Numbered from the stretch's first letter, positions 1-11,476 are shown. The stretch: 64,000 bases of DNA from Myxococcota bacterium (GCA_965250285.1 OZ252299.1:2784001-2848000); one strand, 5' to 3'. The notes: generated by a model from the letters alone, not told the origin. Program-made: numbers and translations.

Positions 1-513
1 GACGCCGGGCACCTTGGCGATGCGATCGACGATCCGCGTCTCGGCGATCTGCGTCAGACTGACCTGGTCGTAGCCCTCGCCGTAGAGCGCCAGCCACATC
101 ACGGTGCCGGCATCGCTGTCGTTCTTCGCGACGACCGGCGGATCGATCTCACTCGGCAGCAGCTTGACGGCGCGCGACACCCGATCGCGCACGTCATTGG
201 CAGCGGCCTCGATGTCGACCGCCAGATCGAACTCGACGTTGATGGTCGAGACCTGTTCGCGACTCGAAGACTGCAGGTGCTTGACGCCCGCGATGCCGTT
301 CAGGCCCTCTTCGAGGGGCTGGGTCACCGACGTCTCGACGACCTCGGCCGCCGCGCCGGGATACACCGTGGTGACCGACACGATCGGGGCGTCGACGTCG
401 GGCAGCTCGCGGTTCGGAAGCAGCGGCAGTGCGATCAGCCCGAAGAGCACGATGATGAGCGACATCACCGCGGTCAGCACCGGTCGCTCGATGCAGATCT
501 GGGACAGCCTCAT
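1..513 (-). CDS. RND efflux permease subunit (AcrB/MdtB family), N-terminal part; runs off the window edge
   Basis: Hand translation from CAT at 511-513: MRLSQICIERPVLTAVMSLIIVLFGLIALPLLPNRELPDVDAPIVSVTTVYPGAAAEVVETSVTQPLEE, a typical RND N-terminus; lies downstream of an MFP gene. Not in the ORF track. Confidence 0.93.
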   Translation of the reverse strand, partial: MRLSQICIERPVLTAVMSLIIVLFGLIALPLLPNRELPDVDAPIVSVTTVYPGAAAEVVETSVTQPLEEGLNGIAGVKHLQSSSREQVSTINVEFDLAVDIEAAANDVRDRVSRAVKLLPSEIDPPVVAKNDSDAGTVMWLALYGEGYDQVSLTQIAETRIVDRIAKVPGV

Positions 514-580
514 CGCGCCATCCCCCGCGTCGCGCGGGACCGCGGAGCGAGACGCACGGCGCCGGCCCGTCGCGGGCGCA

Positions 581-1783
581 TCAACTGTCCGCCCTCTCGG
601 ACCCCTCTTCGATGCCCTCGCGCATCGCTTCTTCGCGCTGGGCCATCGGCTCGGCCGCCTGCAGCTTCTGCCCGGCCATCACCTTGTGCACGCCGGCTGC
701 GACCACCTGGTCGCCGCTGCGCAGCCCCGAGGTGATCTCGACGATGCCTTCCTTCCGCAACCCGATCGACACCGGCACCTTCTCGGCGAGACCCCCCTCG
801 CCCATGCGCCACACGTAGGTGCCGTTGCGGTCGTACACCATCGCCGCCTCGGGCACGGTGATCGCTTCGGGCTTGATCGCGAGGACGACATCGACGTTGG
901 CGAACATGCCGGGCTTGAGCCGGTGGTCTTCGTTGGGCAGCCGCGCTTTCAGTATCAGTCGCCGCGTGGCCGGATCGATGGTGGGCGAGATGTAGAAGAC
1001 CTCACCCTCGAAGCGCTCGCCCGGATACGCGACGACGCGCACGAAGATCGTCGCACCGACCTGGGCGATGCTCGCGCCCTGTTCGGTGGTCGTGAACAGC
1101 ACCTCGACCTCGTCGATCGCCGCGATGTCGGCGAGCCGCATTTCAGGCTCGACCCAGGCGCCCGGCCCGATGTCGGTATCGCCCATGACCCCATCGAAGG
1201 GGGCGCGGATGCGCGTGCGCGCCAGCTGCACCCGCGCGAGATCGACGCTCGCCCGCGCCTGGTCGAGACCCGCACGCGCCTCGGCGCGGCGCGCCACCGA
1301 CGAGATGTCCTCGCTGGTGAGCCGCTGGGTGCGATCGAAGATGTCCTGAGCGAGCGCCATGCGGGCCTGCGCCTCGCGCAGCCGCGCCTTCTGCTCGGCG
1401 TTTCGGAGCACGAAGAGGACGTCGTCCTTCTCGACGGGCTTGCCCTCTTCGAACTCGATCGATTCGACGACGCCCATGATCTCGGGCGAGATCGTCACCA
1501 GGTACTTCGCGTTCACCTGGCCGGTGAGGGCGACCTCCCAGCGCAGCTCGTTCGGCACCACCTCGTAGAGCTCGACGGTGACCGCCGGCGGCCCCGAAGC
1601 CGAGACGTCGGCGTCGGTCGCAGTCATCGAATCGCAGCCGAGCCCGAGCCCGATCGCGACCCAGGCCGTGGCCAGGGCGAGCAGACGAACGGACGGCGCG
1701 ACCACGGCGAGGCGGCGGGGAGCGTGAGTGGATCCCGGAAGCGACTCGGAGGACGCGCTCTCGGAGGAGGTTCCGAAGCGCAT
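581..1783 (-). CDS. RND efflux periplasmic adaptor (membrane fusion protein)
   Basis: Hydrophobic N-segment ending LGLGC (lipobox-like), FEEGKPVEKDDVL, IRAPFDG, IDPATR, LKPGMF, GLRSGDQVV motifs; TAACCT lies 6 nt before the ATG. Confidence 0.93.
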   Translation of the reverse strand: MRFGTSSESASSESLPGSTHAPRRLAVVAPSVRLLALATAWVAIGLGLGCDSMTATDADVSASGPPAVTVELYEVVPNELRWEVALTGQVNAKYLVTISPEIMGVVESIEFEEGKPVEKDDVLFVLRNAEQKARLREAQARMALAQDIFDRTQRLTSEDISSVARRAEARAGLDQARASVDLARVQLARTRIRAPFDGVMGDTDIGPGAWVEPEMRLADIAAIDEVEVLFTTTEQGASIAQVGATIFVRVVAYPGERFEGEVFYISPTIDPATRRLILKARLPNEDHRLKPGMFANVDVVLAIKPEAITVPEAAMVYDRNGTYVWRMGEGGLAEKVPVSIGLRKEGIVEITSGLRSGDQVVAAGVHKVMAGQKLQAAEPMAQREEAMREGIEEGSERADS

Positions 1784-1975
1784 GGCCAGAGGTTACCGAA
1801 AGTGCCCGGTTTCCGGTAGCTTGCGCACCCGCCGCGCGGCCCGGGGCCGAGCGGCGGGCGCCCGGCCTCGGCCCGTTCGCAGCACAGACGGCACCCCTCT
1901 GGTCGTGGACGGCCGCCGGGCCGGAACGCCGCTGAGCGCCCGCGTCCCCCTCCCCGCTGACAGAGAGCACCCGCC

Positions 1976-2593
1976 TTGGAAATCGCCTGCCTCGACCTCG
2001 AGGGCGTCCTGATCCCCGAAGTCTGGATCAACGTCGCCGAACGCACCGGCATCGACGCCCTGCGCGCGACCACCCGCGACATCCCCGACTACGACGAGCT
2101 GATGACGATGCGGCTCGGCATTCTGCGCGAGCACAAACTCGGCATTCGCGACATCCAGGCGGTGATCGACACGATGGATCCCCTGCCCGGCGCCGCCGAG
2201 ATGCTCGAGTGGCTGCGCGAGCGGTTCCAGGTCGTGATTCTCTCGGACACCTTCTACGAGTTCGGCGAGCCCTTCATGCGCAAGCTCGGCTGGCCGACGC
2301 TGCTCTGTCACAAGCTCGACATCGACGCCGACGGCATGGTCGCGAACTACCTGCTGCGCCAGCCCGACCCGAAGCGGCAGTCGGTCAAGGCGCTTCACTC
2401 GCTCAAGTACCGCTGTATCGCGACCGGTGATTCGTACAACGACACGACGATGCTCAGCGAGGCCGACGCGGGCATTCTCTTCTGCCCGCCGCAGAACGTG
2501 ATCGACGAGTTCCCGCAGTTTCCCGTGGCCACGAGCTACGACGAGCTGCGCGTCGAATTCGCTCGTGCATCGGAGCGCGACCTCAGCGTCTGA
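1976..2593 (+). CDS. thrH: Phosphoserine phosphatase / homoserine phosphotransferase (HAD family)
   Basis: [13 protein letters not shown]...[27 protein letters not shown]: ThrH signature; 205 aa; TTG start. Confidence 0.93.
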   Translation: MEIACLDLEGVLIPEVWINVAERTGIDALRATTRDIPDYDELMTMRLGILREHKLGIRDIQAVIDTMDPLPGAAEMLEWLRERFQVVILSDTFYEFGEPFMRKLGWPTLLCHKLDIDADGMVANYLLRQPDPKRQSVKALHSLKYRCIATGDSYNDTTMLSEADAGILFCPPQNVIDEFPQFPVATSYDELRVEFARASERDLSV

Positions 2594-2609
2594 CCGCGCG
2601 TGCGGCGCG

Positions 2610-3323
2610 TCAGAACATCACCGTCCAGTCGGGCAGCCAACCGACCGCCCAGACCTCGAGCCGCTTGTCGATGCCCGTGAGCACGAGCAGGCCGAGCAGC
2701 GCGAGGGTCGCGCCGAGCAGCGGCTTCGCTCGGTGGGCGCCCTGCATGAGGCCCGGTCGCGCGCGCTGCAGCACCCGTCGCGAGAGCGTCGCAGCGAGCA
2801 ACAGGACAGCGGCGGTTCCGAGGCCGTACGCGAGCATGGTCACGAACGCGAGACCGAGCTCCTGGCCGACCGACGCGAGCGCGATCGCCGCACCCAGCGT
2901 CGGGCCGACGCACGGCAGCCAGACGAAACCCAGCCCGAAGCCGACCGCGAACGGGCCCGCCCCCTGAAGCCGACGGTCGGGCGCGAACGGCAGCGCCGCG
3001 ATCCACTGTGAGCCGCGCGCGGCCACCGCATCGGTGAGTCGAGGCACGAGCAGCACACCACCCACGAGCACCAGCAGGCCGGCCATCGCAAAGCGCAGCA
3101 GCTCGGGATCGAGGCCCGTGCTCACCAGGGCCCAGCTCACGAGCGTACCGGCCACGGCGAACGACGTGGCGAGTCCAGCGGCGAGCCCGAGCGGCCCGGC
3201 GCGGCCGGTGTCCTCGGTGGCGCTCGACATGACGACGGGCACCAGCGGCCACACGCAGGGCGACAACACGCCGAGCGCACCCGCCCCCGCTGCCAGCGGG
3301 ATCGACAACAGGTCGAGGCTCAT
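2610..3323 (-). CDS. ccdA: Cytochrome c biogenesis CcdA/DsbD-type thiol-disulfide transporter
   Basis: LSPCVWPLVP and WLPCVGPTLG Cys motifs in a multi-TM protein; start moved to MSLDLLS (3323). Confidence 0.85.
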   Translation of the reverse strand: MSLDLLSIPLAAGAGALGVLSPCVWPLVPVVMSSATEDTGRAGPLGLAAGLATSFAVAGTLVSWALVSTGLDPELLRFAMAGLLVLVGGVLLVPRLTDAVAARGSQWIAALPFAPDRRLQGAGPFAVGFGLGFVWLPCVGPTLGAAIALASVGQELGLAFVTMLAYGLGTAAVLLLAATLSRRVLQRARPGLMQGAHRAKPLLGATLALLGLLVLTGIDKRLEVWAVGWLPDWTVMF

Positions 3324-3402
3324 CGCGGTGCCCCCGAACCGACCGAGAGCGCCTCGAAGCGCGTGAATGCGCCGACGAATGCGTTCGAGCCGACGTCGAC
3401 GT

Positions 3403-3813
3403 TCACGCCCGGGCGGCCTCGTCGATGGCGGCGAAGAGCACCTTCTCGCGGGTCTCCCCAACCGAGAACCAGACGCGGTCGTCGCCCTTGAAGAGCAGCA
3501 GGGTCGACTGGCGCGGCGCGCCGAAGAAGCGCACCCACTTCTTCTGGTCGTCGTAGTCGATGCTCAACACGTGCAGATCGACGTCGGGATGCGCCTTGCG
3601 GTAGCGCGAGATCAGCGCGGCCTGCTTGGCGCAGGTCGGGCACCAGGGTGCCGCGACGTCGACGAGCACCAGCGCGTCTTCGGCCTGGAGGGCCTCGAAG
3701 CGCGCCTCGGTGAAGGGCTCCCCGGCGTAGTCGCCGGCGAGCCCGGTCGAGGCGGTGAGCGCGAGGGCCCACAGCAGAATGGGTAGGAAGACGAAGGTTC
3801 GATTGCGATGCAT
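3403..3813 (-). CDS. Exported thioredoxin-family protein
   Basis: Signal peptide, WCPTC motif, QSTLLLFKG; upstream of ccdA; GGGAG SD before ATG 3813. Confidence 0.88.
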   Translation of the reverse strand: MHRNRTFVFLPILLWALALTASTGLAGDYAGEPFTEARFEALQAEDALVLVDVAAPWCPTCAKQAALISRYRKAHPDVDLHVLSIDYDDQKKWVRFFGAPRQSTLLLFKGDDRVWFSVGETREKVLFAAIDEAARA

Positions 3814-3824
3814 GGCGGCACACT

Positions 3825-3871
3825 CCCGTAGATGATCCCCTCCACCTACGGGGCAACGCACGCCCGGTTAC
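3825..3871 (-). promoter_or_regulatory. Possible ECF-type promoter (GTAACC...CGTA) overlapped by a 10-bp inverted repeat upstream of trx-ccdA
   Basis: Minus strand GTAACC 3871-3866 with AAC-N16-CGT spacing; inverted repeat CCCGTAGATG-N8-CACCTACGGG at 3825-3852 (9/10). Confidence 0.35.
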
Positions 3872-3912
3872 GCCCAATCGTCCGATCCGGCCGGGCGCCC
3901 CGCCCGGCCGGT

Positions 3913-4335
3913 TCACATCACCGACTGCACCGACTGATAGACGAGCACGGAGCTCGCCGTGAGCAGACAGACGAGCGTCGCGAGCGTGCCGGCAATGCGC
4001 CCGGGGCTCCGCCCGGTCGACTGCCAGAGCCCGATGCCGTGGGCCACGCGACCCATGACCAGCGTGATGCCCAGACCGTTGACGAGCGCCGGCGGCGCCC
4101 CGTTCATCTCGATCAGAGCCATCAGCAAGAGCAAGAGCGGCACGTACTCCATGTTGTTGCCGTGCGCGCGCACCACCTTGACGACCGCTTCCTCGGCCTG
4201 GTCGCCCTCGCCCGTACCGATCAGCACCCCCGTCTGGGCGCGCGTGACGCCGACGCGGAGCGTCAGCACGAGCGCCCAGAGCCCGCTCAGGCCGGCGTAG
4301 AGGAGCGTCAGGGTCGGTGCGTGAATCGCTTCCAT
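3913..4335 (-). CDS. MAPEG family membrane protein
   Basis: RAHGNNMEYVP and RVAHGIG motifs, about 140 aa, TM segments; GGAGA SD before ATG 4335. Confidence 0.88.
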   Translation of the reverse strand: MEAIHAPTLTLLYAGLSGLWALVLTLRVGVTRAQTGVLIGTGEGDQAEEAVVKVVRAHGNNMEYVPLLLLLMALIEMNGAPPALVNGLGITLVMGRVAHGIGLWQSTGRSPGRIAGTLATLVCLLTASSVLVYQSVQSVM

Positions 4336-4402
4336 GTCGATCTCTCCAATCGGGCCGGAAGTCGACGGGAGAGGCCGGGCCCGGCCGCCTCGCCCCGCGT
4401 TC

Positions 4403-5443
4403 TCATGCGTCTGCCTCGGTGAGTCTCCGCATGAGCCGTTGCTTGAACGCTGAATCGACGCGGCCGCAGTAGCGAATGCGCGACGCATGTCGATCGCGCG
4501 CGGGACGGGCTTCGAGACGGGGCGCCCCTTCGCCATCGACGATGCGCACATCGGCCGCCCGACAGTCGAAGGCGTGCGGCTCGACGACCAACCCGACCGC
4601 GAGCGCATCGAAGGGCGAGAACCCGGCCTGCCAGAGCCCGAGCTGCCAGGCGGCGAGCCAGCGACGGGATCGATCACCGAGCCATCTCGAAGCCGCGGAG
4701 CCGTGGCGTAGATGCGCGAGGTCACCGCCGCCGAGCGTGACCTGCCGCCCGAGCTCGAAAGGCGCGAGCACCAGCGGCACGCCCGCCTCGATCACCCGGG
4801 CGAACGCGTCCGGATCGCGCTCGAAGTTGAGGTCGGCGAAGGCGAAGGGCAGCCACCGATTGGGTCGCAGCCGACGCCCCTCGCGCCGGCCCGCTACGGC
4901 CACGACCCGTTCGATGCGCGATGCGAGGTCGGGGCGATGTCGGAGCAACGAAGCGACGGTCGTGAGCGGTCCCAGTGCGACGATCGTCAGGCGCTCGCGT
5001 TCGAGGGCTCGCGCGAGCGAGCGCTCGGCGTCACTGGGCGCCGTGCAGCCGGCGCCACTGGCCCCGAGCGGCGCCGCCGCACCGAGGGCCACCGGCCGAG
5101 CTCCCCCGACGAGCTCGAGCACGCGGCGGGCCGCCTTCGCCGCCTCGACGCGATCGACGTTGCCATAGGTCGCGCTGATGCCGCGCACTTCGAGCTCGGG
5201 CGACCGCAACGCCTGGACCAACGCAATGCAGTCGTCCACGTCGTGGAGGCCACGCGCGGTGCAGCCCGCATCGACCTCGATCCAGACCGCGGTGCGGGGC
5301 GCCGCCGCCGGCCGACGCGCCGCCGGCTTCGCCTCGGGTGCGAAGGCCGCGATCGGCCAAGCTGCGAGCAGACCCGCGAAGCCCACCCCCAGCGCCAGCG
5401 ACGCCCTCATCCAGCTCGCCCGTCGTCGATTTCGTCCTTGCAT
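4403..5443 (-). CDS. Inosine/uridine-preferring nucleoside hydrolase family protein with N-terminal export signal
   Basis: DAG...DVDDCIAL, TYGN, ALGPLT, DLNFERDP motifs; TACCTT 7 nt before ATG 5443. Confidence 0.8.
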   Translation of the reverse strand: MQGRNRRRASWMRASLALGVGFAGLLAAWPIAAFAPEAKPAARRPAAAPRTAVWIEVDAGCTARGLHDVDDCIALVQALRSPELEVRGISATYGNVDRVEAAKAARRVLELVGGARPVALGAAAPLGASGAGCTAPSDAERSLARALERERLTIVALGPLTTVASLLRHRPDLASRIERVVAVAGRREGRRLRPNRWLPFAFADLNFERDPDAFARVIEAGVPLVLAPFELGRQVTLGGGDLAHLRHGSAASRWLGDRSRRWLAAWQLGLWQAGFSPFDALAVGLVVEPHAFDCRAADVRIVDGEGAPRLEARPARDRHASRIRYCGRVDSAFKQRLMRRLTEADA

Positions 5444-5469
5444 GGCCCGCAAGGTATGCGGATGATCAA

Positions 5470-5516
5470 TGCATCGAAATTCGATAATTTGCAATATCGT
5501 GGTGCATCAGTGCACC
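5470..5516. promoter_or_regulatory. AT-rich divergent promoter region with palindromes (probable LysR operator)
   Basis: ATCGAA-A-TTCGAT at 5473-5485 (T-N11-A at 5474-5486) and GGTGCA-N4-TGCACC at 5501-5516, between the divergent hydrolase and LysR genes. Confidence 0.5.
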
Positions 5517-6463
5517 AATTACTCGCCTCACTCGATTCGGAGCCTCTCATCGATCCCGACGACCACTGGGACGACCTGCGCTTCTTCGTCGCCCTCGCGC
5601 GGGCGGGCACGGTGCGCGGCGCTGCCACCCGTCTCGCCGTGAATCACTCGACCGTCTCGCGCCGGATCGCGCGGCTCGAAGAGCGCCTGGGCATCGCGCT
5701 CGTCGAGCGGCTGCCCAGTGGCGTCGCGCTCACGCCCGATGGCGAAGAGGTGCTCCGGGTCGGCGCCGACGTGAGCGACACCCTCGACGCGCTCAACCTG
5801 CGTCTTGGCGGGCGCGATCACGCACTCGAAGGGGAGCTCTGCGTGACGCTGCCGCCTCTGATCTCGTCGAGCGTGCTGATGGACGAGCTCGCGCGCTTCT
5901 CCGAGCGGCACCCGGGCATCCGCCTCGAGCTGATGCTCAGCTACGAAGTGCTGAGTCTGGCGCGCCGCGAGGCCGACGTGGCGCTTCGGATCGCGCAGAC
6001 ACCGCCGCCCGACGGCCTCGTCGGCCGAAAGCTGATCACCTACGCACGAGCCGACTACGCGACGCCCGCGTATCTCGCCGCGCACGACCCCGCCGTGGCC
6101 CCCGAAGACTGCCGCTGGATCGGCTGGAACGAGAAGGCCCTGCACCCCGATTGGGTGCGCGCATCGGATCACCCCGACGTGGCGGTCTGGCATCGCATGG
6201 ACGATGCCGCCTCACAGGTCGCAGCCGCGAAGGCCGGGCTCGGCATCGCTTCACTGCCCTGCTTCCTCTGCGACCCCGAGCCAGCGCTCGTGCGCGTGCC
6301 GCCCGGACGCGTGGTGCCCGCGTACGACCTGTGGTTGCTGACGCATGCCGACATCCGCCAGAAGGCGCGGGTGCGCGCGTTCATCGACTTCATGGGGGAG
6401 GCGTTCGAGCGACACCGGGATCTGTTCGAGGGGCGTCGGCCCGATGCCCCACCGGTGCCGTGA
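5510..6463 (+). CDS. LysR family transcriptional regulator
   Basis: WDDLRFFVALARAGTVRGAATRLAVNHSTVSRRIARLEERLG HTH, RREADVALR, GLGIASLP; start (GTG 5510) uncertain. Confidence 0.93.
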   Translation: MHQLLASLDSEPLIDPDDHWDDLRFFVALARAGTVRGAATRLAVNHSTVSRRIARLEERLGIALVERLPSGVALTPDGEEVLRVGADVSDTLDALNLRLGGRDHALEGELCVTLPPLISSSVLMDELARFSERHPGIRLELMLSYEVLSLARREADVALRIAQTPPPDGLVGRKLITYARADYATPAYLAAHDPAVAPEDCRWIGWNEKALHPDWVRASDHPDVAVWHRMDDAASQVAAAKAGLGIASLPCFLCDPEPALVRVPPGRVVPAYDLWLLTHADIRQKARVRAFIDFMGEAFERHRDLFEGRRPDAPPVP

Positions 6464-6476
6464 CCCGGGGCGTGCC

Positions 6477-7283
6477 TCAGGCCCAGGAGGCCCGCATCTC
6501 TCGCGTGCCCTCGGCCTTGAACATCGCGTGGCCCGGCGGCTGATACGTGAAGATCATCGCCCGACGCTTGCGGTCGCTCAGGTTGGGCTGCGAGCCGTGC
6601 ACGGTATGCGAGTCGAAGAAGACGAGCGTGCCAGCGGGCACCTCGAAGGCGCGCTGCGCGCTCTCGTCGAAGGTCGCGGGGTCGGTGAAGAGCGCACCGA
6701 GTTCGGTGTCGTCCTTCAGGCCCGGCAGAAAACCCTGCCTGTGGCTGCCGGGCACCAGCCGAAAGCAGCCATTCTCGGCGTTCGCGTCGTCGAGCACGAC
6801 CATGACGTTCGGCAGCCGATCGCAGTGCGCGCAGGCATGGCCCCAGTAGGGCGAATCCTGATGCCAGCGAAAGCGTGAGCCCTCGCGCGGGCGTTTGAGA
6901 TTCAGCTTGTCGGTCCAGACGGCGCAGCCATCCTCGCCGATCAGGCCACAGACCGGGTCGACGATGCGCGCGTCTTCGATCAGCGCGTCGAAGACCGGGT
7001 CGCGAAAGTGAAAGGGCTCGATCACGCGGATCGTCGTGCTGCCGGGACGATGCTCGTACTGCACGGTCGACGCGCCGGCCTCGACGTAGCGATTGCCGTC
7101 GATCGAGTAGTCATCGAGCGGCGCCCGGGCATCGGCCTCGGCCTTCTCGACGACGCGCTCGGCCGCGGCCCGCAGCGTCTCGAGCTCAGCCTCGGGAATC
7201 ACGGCCTCGCGCACGCAGTACCCCTGCTCGCGGTACTGGCTCAGCTCGGCGTCGGTGATGGCGTGGGCGCGCGCTTCGCTCAA
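6477..7283 (-). CDS. Phytanoyl-CoA dioxygenase (PhyH) family 2OG-Fe(II) oxygenase
   Basis: YREQGYCV, WHQD, ENGCFRLVPGSH, HGSQPN.S...RR motifs; probable TTG start at 7283 after GAGGT. Confidence 0.88.
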   Translation of the reverse strand: MSEARAHAITDAELSQYREQGYCVREAVIPEAELETLRAAAERVVEKAEADARAPLDDYSIDGNRYVEAGASTVQYEHRPGSTTIRVIEPFHFRDPVFDALIEDARIVDPVCGLIGEDGCAVWTDKLNLKRPREGSRFRWHQDSPYWGHACAHCDRLPNVMVVLDDANAENGCFRLVPGSHRQGFLPGLKDDTELGALFTDPATFDESAQRAFEVPAGTLVFFDSHTVHGSQPNLSDRKRRAMIFTYQPPGHAMFKAEGTREMRASWA

Positions 7284-7385
7284 GGCGGTCGACCTCGTCG
7301 GTGGCGATGGGCGGTGGAGTTTCGGGTCAAGCCCTGCGCGGGTCAACCGGGCGAAACCCGGCCGCCCGGAGGCGCCCCGGCCCCC

Positions 7386-9194
<1,809 letters not shown>

Positions 9195-9482
9195 GGGCTC
9201 GATGGCTCTCTATGCGGGCGGCGCGTGGGCGTTCGGACGGGCGGCCGGTGCGAAGCGACCGGGGCAAGATGCACGGATCGTGCGCGGATCCGTCCGCTGG
9301 GGCGCGTCGTGTTCACGCGATGAGGGGGCTGTGGGATGACGCCGGGCGGCCCGGCGCGGCGCAGCTTAGCTCGACTCGGTCGCAATGGCGAAACCTCGAA
9401 CTGCAGCGCACCGCGAGCGACTCGCGCGCGCCAACCAGCCGACCGAAGCGGCGCGCACGCGGTCGTGCAGCGGCGCGGTCCG

Positions 9483-10127
9483 TCAGCCCGCGTCGGCGTG
9501 GGGCAGCCAGATCTCGATCCGCGACCCGGTCATCGCCGTCTGGGCCCGCAGCTCGCCCGCGACGGCTTCGGTCATGTGGCTCGCAATGGCACAGAGCAGC
9601 GTCCGACCCCGCAGCGGCTCGCTTCGCCAATCGGCGAGCCCGGGATCGGCCGGACCGTCGTCTTCGATCACGAACGCACCCTGACGCTCTCGCTGATCGA
9701 TGTGGACGCGAACGCGACCGCTGGGTCGGACCTGCTCGACGGCGAGGTGAACGAAGCTCGAGACCAACGCCTGGGCGGCATTGCGATCGACGCGAAGCCG
9801 CTGCTCCGCCCCGCTGCGCACGAGCTCGATCGACACGCCCGGCAGCATCAACGTCTCGAGCCCGTGCTCGACGACCGCGAGCGCGTCGCCGGGATCGAGG
9901 CCGTCGCCCGGCGGAGGGGGTGCGCCGTCCTCGACGGGGCGCACGAGGCTCAGCAGCGCCGATACGCGCGCCCCGAGCACGTCGATCTCCGAGCGCGCGG
10001 CCACGAGGTCGCGCGGGCTCATCTCCTGATCGAGCAGATGCGTCTGCAGGCGGATCGCGCCGACCAGGTTTCCCATCTCGTGACACAGTGCGAACAGCAG
10101 GGCGTGGTCTTCCCGGCCCTGGGTCAT
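9483..10127 (-). CDS. Sensor-less HisKA/HATPase-like protein with a degenerate ATP-binding domain (phosphotransferase-like)
   Basis: H-box [12 protein letters not shown] and G1-like IEDDGP; no N-box Asn and no GxGLG G2 box; GGGAG SD. Confidence 0.65.
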   Translation of the reverse strand: MTQGREDHALLFALCHEMGNLVGAIRLQTHLLDQEMSPRDLVAARSEIDVLGARVSALLSLVRPVEDGAPPPPGDGLDPGDALAVVEHGLETLMLPGVSIELVRSGAEQRLRVDRNAAQALVSSFVHLAVEQVRPSGRVRVHIDQRERQGAFVIEDDGPADPGLADWRSEPLRGRTLLCAIASHMTEAVAGELRAQTAMTGSRIEIWLPHADAG

Positions 10128-10176
10128 GTCGGGTCTCCCGATGCTCGCCGCAGCGCCGTTATACTACGCGCCGCCC

Positions 10177-10578
10177 ATGTCTGATGCATCCACTCACCGA
10201 CTCTCGAAGGCCAGCGAGAAGCTGCATCTCGCCGACTACGCCCGGCACATCTTTCTCTGCGTCGGCGGCGACTGCGCGCCCAGCGAGGCGCAGGAGGAGG
10301 CCTGGGCCTTCCTCAAGCGGCGCCTGAAGGAGCTCGAGCTCGTCGACGTCGACGGCGCGATCTTCAGATCGAAGGCGGCGTGCCTCCGCGTCTGCACCGA
10401 AGGACCGATCGCCGTGGTGTACCCCGAAGGCACATGGTACCGGGCGTGTACGACCGAGAACCTCGAGCGCATCATCCAGGAACACCTCATCGGCGGCCGT
10501 CCGGTCGAAGATCTCGCGTTTGCGCGCAACGGCATGTTCGACGCGCCGGGCGGACGACCCGAACCGGACGGATCGTGA
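10177..10578 (+). CDS. Thioredoxin-like [2Fe-2S] ferredoxin
   Basis: RHIFLC...[34 protein letters not shown] at 10160-10165. Confidence 0.9.
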   Translation: MSDASTHRLSKASEKLHLADYARHIFLCVGGDCAPSEAQEEAWAFLKRRLKELELVDVDGAIFRSKAACLRVCTEGPIAVVYPEGTWYRACTTENLERIIQEHLIGGRPVEDLAFARNGMFDAPGGRPEPDGS

Positions 10579-11396
10579 GAGAGGCCGCCCTCTTCGGCTG
10601 CGACCACACCGAGCTCGGCGCCCTCGCCGCGGTGGCCGAGGGACCGGCGGCCATCACGATCTGCCGCGGCGGCGCCGCCAAGACCTACTCGTACGCCGAT
10701 CCCAACGAGGACGCGGCCCTCTTCGTCGTGACCGAGCATGCGGTGTTGCTGGCGGTCGCCGACGGGCACGATGGCCACCAGGGTGCCCGCGCGGCGATCG
10801 AGACCCTGCGCGACACGTGCGCGCGCGACTGGTGCGGCGCATCGGGACCGGCCAACGCGATCGAGTGGCAACGCGCGGCCGCGCGCGCGGTCGCGCACGC
10901 GAATCACGCCGTACTCGCCGAAGCAGGAGCGCGCGGCACGCCTCCGGCGCCGACCACCCTCGCCTTCGCGCTCTGGCGCCGCGCAGCGGCTCAGGTCCAC
11001 GGCGCATCGGTGGGCGATAGCCACGTCTTCTTCTCGGGCGCGACCGAGACGCTCGACCTCGAACGCAACGTCACGCGCGCCGAGAAGCGCGGTCGGTTTC
11101 TCGGCCGCGGTGCGATCGAGGACGCGGACGCCGCCGGGATGACGACGTGCGAGACGACGCCGGCTGCCGATGTGCTGGCCCTGGTGCTCGCGACCGACGG
11201 CCTCTCGGAGCGCGGCATCGGCGTCGAAGACCCGCCGACCGAGGTCCACCGAGCGCGTGAGCATGCCTGGGCCGCCGACGACGAGATCCGGCCGCTCGCC
11301 ATCGCCAAGGCGGTGAGCGCGGTGGCGCTCGGTGCGCACCGTCGGCAACGCGCGGGCGACAACATCGCCTGCGCCGTCGCGCTGATCGGCGACTAG
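10575..11396 (+). CDS. PP2C-family (PPM) phosphatase
   Basis: NED, VADGHDG, VGDS, LATDGL, DNI motifs; GTGA overlap with the ferredoxin stop. Confidence 0.82.
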   Translation: MREAALFGCDHTELGALAAVAEGPAAITICRGGAAKTYSYADPNEDAALFVVTEHAVLLAVADGHDGHQGARAAIETLRDTCARDWCGASGPANAIEWQRAAARAVAHANHAVLAEAGARGTPPAPTTLAFALWRRAAAQVHGASVGDSHVFFSGATETLDLERNVTRAEKRGRFLGRGAIEDADAAGMTTCETTPAADVLALVLATDGLSERGIGVEDPPTEVHRAREHAWAADDEIRPLAIAKAVSAVALGAHRRQRAGDNIACAVALIGD

Positions 11397-11476
11397 CGGG
11401 CGCCGCGCGTCTGCACTTCGCTTGCGCCCGCGCCGGCACTCGACCTGCGCGTGTGGCTCGGCGCGCAGCGACCCCG

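Noticed and set aside
4310..4406. Sixth bridging mini-ORF (nucleoside hydrolase to MAPEG)
   Set aside because: It starts with an ATGA overlap but stops about 25 nt inside MAPEG, which has its own SD.
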